Shown: positions 39,353 to 42,544 of the stretch, piece by piece
How positions within the stretch are numbered: the first letter of the stretch is position 1
Layout: each line of letters opens with the position of its first letter
NCBI GenBank assembly: GCA_019894975.1
Contig: JAGXNO010000035.1
Location: forward strand, 1-42,544
Source of the DNA: Promethearchaeota archaeon
GTDB taxonomy: Archaea; Asgardarchaeota; Lokiarchaeia; Sigyniarchaeales; SOKP01
DNA: 42,544 bases
Reading direction: 5' to 3'
Made by a program: the position numbers and the translations under genes
Notes under the pieces: generated by a model
What the model saw: the letters and a program-made list of their open reading frames with translations, nothing else
What the model was told of the DNA's origin: nothing
The model's database searches: none

Positions 39353-40351
39353 TGAAGATTCTAACCCTTTAATTAAGTGAGTCAATAATTCATTTATCGG
39401 AACATCAATACCTAAATCTTTAGCATACTTTAACACTCTACCGTTAATGAAATCAATCTCAGTTGTCATTCCATTTAAAATATCCTGTAACATTGAATTC
39501 TTATTATTCGATGTTCTTCTCGCAACGTTATAAGTTTCAACAGTAAAATCCTTATCTGAAAGTTGGATTTTTTTCCGTTTTGCAACTTGAACTGCTTCTT
39601 TCACGGCTTCACTCATCAAATGTTTTAATCCTTCAGATTCTAATAATTGACCATTTTTCAAATTTGTTAATGCCCCAAAAGCATTAATTCCTACATTTAC
39701 GAAGACTTTCTCCCAAGATTCTTTATTTATATCATTTACGATTTGATTCTCTAAACCTGCTAACTCGAGTAACTCCTTTAATTTTGCTAAATCAAATTTT
39801 GCCTTTTCTAATTCAGAGGGGTTATTACGGATAAGTTCTAGGTATGGGAAACCAATTTTTGTAAATCCCTCTCCTGTATGTATTAATTTACCTGGTGATT
39901 CTAAAAACGCTCCATTTGAAGTTACAATTCTTATTAATATTGATTTCAATACATATTGACTAATAATTTCTTCATTTCCAATCCCATTCTGTAAAATAAC
40001 AAACCAGTTGCTCACATCAATAAGTTTTTTGTACTGGAGCACAGCCTTTTCTATGTCATATGTCTTTGTAGTTAGAAAAATGTAATCAAATCTAAAATCC
40101 TCTTCATTTTTAGCTCTACCTTCTACATCTTTCTCGTCTGTATACACTTCAATGCTTTTTATTTCTTTTACATCATTATTTTTATAAATCTTTAATCCGT
40201 CTCTTCTAATCGCTTCCGCGTGATCTTTCATACAAAAAAATATTACTTCTAACTCATAAAGTTCAGATTTAATGTTAGCTAAATATCCACCAAATAAACT
40301 CCCAATAGATCCAGCGCCTATAAATCCAATTCTTATTCTTTTTTTATTCAA
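39344..40351 (-). CDS. panE: 2-dehydropantoate 2-reductase
   Basis: GAGSIG, TTKTYD, LQNGIG, WEKVFVN, NSMLQD..TEIDFING. Confidence 0.94.
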   Translation of the reverse strand: MNKKRIRIGFIGAGSIGSLFGGYLANIKSELYELEVIFFCMKDHAEAIRRDGLKIYKNNDVKEIKSIEVYTDEKDVEGRAKNEEDFRFDYIFLTTKTYDIEKAVLQYKKLIDVSNWFVILQNGIGNEEIISQYVLKSILIRIVTSNGAFLESPGKLIHTGEGFTKIGFPYLELIRNNPSELEKAKFDLAKLKELLELAGLENQIVNDINKESWEKVFVNVGINAFGALTNLKNGQLLESEGLKHLMSEAVKEAVQVAKRKKIQLSDKDFTVETYNVARRTSNNKNSMLQDILNGMTTEIDFINGRVLKYAKDLGIDVPINELLTHLIKGLESSSI

Positions 40352-40394
40352 CTTCCTTCAAATAAACCCGATGATTATATCAAAGATCACAATA

Positions 40395-41273
40395 TTATTT
40401 TAAAAATTTATCCAAATCTGTTTGACCTTTGGAATATTCTCCTGTTTTCTTTTTAATGTCTAAAAGATTTACCCTATTAGGGGGATTCCTTGGTTGAAGT
40501 CCCAATTCTTTCATCAACATTAATGAGTTTTTCGCAGCATACCCCGAGAAATGATTATTAAAATAGATACCAATTTTTTCCACTTTTGGAATTATTTCCC
40601 GTATGGATTGAGCCCCTTTCTTTATTTCTTCTTCCTTGAAATCGTAATCAAACCAAATTTTTTCTCCAAAACCATGAAACCTAATATATACCAATTCAGG
40701 ATTAGTTACATCCATTCTAGGTGGTAATAATGGCTCAATAACAGCGCAATAACTAATAGATTTATCTTTCAAGAATTTAAATGTCTCATCATTCATCCAG
40801 GACTTATGTCTAAATTCAATCGCTAGATTATAATCCTCCATTTCAAGATCTCTAGGCCAACAATCTATAAATTCTTTCAAGTTCCCAAAATGTTTATCTT
40901 TTCTAAATGTTGGTGGTAGTTGAATCAAAAATGACAACAATTTCTTAGCTCCAACTAATGGTTCCATTGAATCTAAAAAATAATTTAAATCTCTTAAGCA
41001 TTCATCAATATCTAATTTATGCTCGTGGGTTATTGTTTGAGGTATTTTTGCTGAAAACATAAAATTAGGTGGGGTTTTATTTACCCAATTCTGAACAACT
41101 CCCCTTGAAGGAGTATTGTAAAAAGTAGTATTGATCTCATTTGTAAAATAAATTTCGGCATAAAATGGGAGAAAATCCTCTTTTCTTAAACTTTTAGGAT
41201 AGAAGGGACCTACCCATTCATCGTAACCCCATCCGGATGTGCCAATCAAAATCCTAGCTGTCATTTTACGCAC
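40395..41273 (-). CDS. DUF72 family protein
   Basis: IGTSGW, EINTTFY, QLPP, EFRH, YIRFHG, YFNNH. Confidence 0.92.
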   Translation of the reverse strand: MRKMTARILIGTSGWGYDEWVGPFYPKSLRKEDFLPFYAEIYFTNEINTTFYNTPSRGVVQNWVNKTPPNFMFSAKIPQTITHEHKLDIDECLRDLNYFLDSMEPLVGAKKLLSFLIQLPPTFRKDKHFGNLKEFIDCWPRDLEMEDYNLAIEFRHKSWMNDETFKFLKDKSISYCAVIEPLLPPRMDVTNPELVYIRFHGFGEKIWFDYDFKEEEIKKGAQSIREIIPKVEKIGIYFNNHFSGYAAKNSLMLMKELGLQPRNPPNRVNLLDIKKKTGEYSKGQTDLDKFLK

Positions 41274-41800
41274 TCAATAGAGAATTTTAATACAGTATCT
41301 GCTAAATCGACGTTTCTTAATGCTAGTAAATAACTTTATTCCTATTTAAACTTTAAAATGCACCTAGTTTTCTGATTTTAGCTATGTATATTCTAAATCT
41401 GATTGCTATTAACTCATTAATTAATAATTTGTATAATCCCGAATTAACTTTTTAAAGTTTATGAATTTTGACCATAAAATTTTTAACGAACCATTTACTC
41501 TAATATTTCGTCGTTGATATTAATAATGTACTTTGAAAACATTATTCTGTCCATCGACAAGTTATTGGTTACAAAAATATCTCATCATAATTGATGACAT
41601 AGAGCCAATAGCTGGCTTAGGCCCCACCTAAGTACACCAAAAATGACCTCGGTCAATAATTTGGTGCCACAGGAAGTGGGTGCTTAAACTGACCTCTACA
41701 TCGGTTGGTTTAAGAAAACCGAAGCCAAGCATGAAAAATCGTGCTCATAGGAACATACTCCCTATATTATTAAAGTCTACTTATTAATCGTCTCAATTTA

Positions 41801-41828
41801 TATGAACAAATTTTTATGAACAAATTTT
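41801..41828. repeat. perfect 14-bp tandem duplication TATGAACAAATTTT x2
   Basis: Read directly from the sequence upstream of 23S. Confidence 0.85.
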
Positions 41829-41887
41829 TTACCAATTCAGAATACGCAAACCCTTAGGCAAGTAATCTGAATCTTTCCTCAATTAGA

Positions 41888-42544
41888 CGCCAATACGCCT
41901 CCGCTATTTGGTGAATATCTTGGCTTGGGCACCGATGAAGAGCGTGACAAGCTGCGATAAGCTCGGGCTAGTCGCATGAAGACGTTGACCCCGAGATTCT
42001 CGAATAGGACATCCGCTTGCGGCCAAATAATCCGCAAGATTCCCTTGTGGGAAAGGGAACCCTGAGAAGTAAAACATTTTAGTATCAGGAGGAAAAGAAA
42101 ACAATAGTGATTCCGTGAGTAACGGCGAGCGAAAGCGGAACAGATCAAACCGAATCCCTAGGGAAACCTAGTGGAGATGTGGTGTATGGACCTCGTACGA
42201 CTTCCCTAGAGAAGATGAATACTCCTGGAAAGTTGAGCCATAGAGCGTGATAGCCGCGTAATTGTAACCTAGAAAGTTGCTGCGAGAGTTCCTGAGTAGT
42301 GCGGGATGGTTTTCTCGTACGAATGTGCCAGATACACGCTGGCAAATCTAAATATGTCCCAAGACCGATAGCGTAGTAGTAGCGTGAGCGAAAGATGAAA
42401 AGTAACCCGGAAGGGCCGTGAAAAGTGCTTGAAACCAAATAGCTTAGTAAGGATGCAGCCTGAAAGGATAGATTCTGCGCGAATGAGTTCTGGTGACAGA
42501 ACATCAGAGCACAGAGGACTAGGGTTGCATCATCAGTCTGGAAT
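41888..42544 (+). rRNA. rrl: 23S rRNA, 5' part (partial; 5' end approximate)
   Basis: TGGTGAATATCTTGGCTT..CCGATGAAG..AAGCTGCGATAAGC, GAAGTAAAACATTTTAGTA, GAGTAACGGCGAGCGAA, AGACCGATAGCG..GTGAGCGAAAG. Confidence 0.97.

Noticed and set aside
41879-42504. Three minus-strand ORFs
   Set aside because: Antisense to 23S rRNA

Overview
AT-rich archaeal core-chromosome segment, most likely from an Asgard archaeon (Lokiarchaeia-like). The basis for that call is the archaeal information machinery plus a profilin, a Rab-like small GTPase, a tandem roadblock protein, a RING-type protein and a Get3-like ATPase. The window runs from the 3' end of a 16S rRNA gene and tRNA-Ala to the 5' part of an unlinked 23S rRNA gene about 41.6 kb downstream. 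It holds about 40 protein genes (translation, ribosome biogenesis, TFB/Rpo12, RPA, FtsZ, thermosome, CoA and methanofuran synthesis) and six tRNAs carrying eight BHB-type introns, seven at non-canonical positions. I saw no CRISPR array, transposase or integrase. The top finding is the aIF1/SUI1 start-codon fidelity factor gene (8819-9139), which the ORF track misses: it has no usable AUG/GUG/UUG and appears to start at AUU behind an SD-like element. This suggests a negative-feedback loop like bacterial infC and eukaryotic eIF1. Other notable signals are tRNA introns carrying exact 8-nt copies of their host anticodon loop, a profilin with an extra C-terminal domain, a membrane-anchored HerA/VirB4-like ATPase and a structured leader before the 23S gene.
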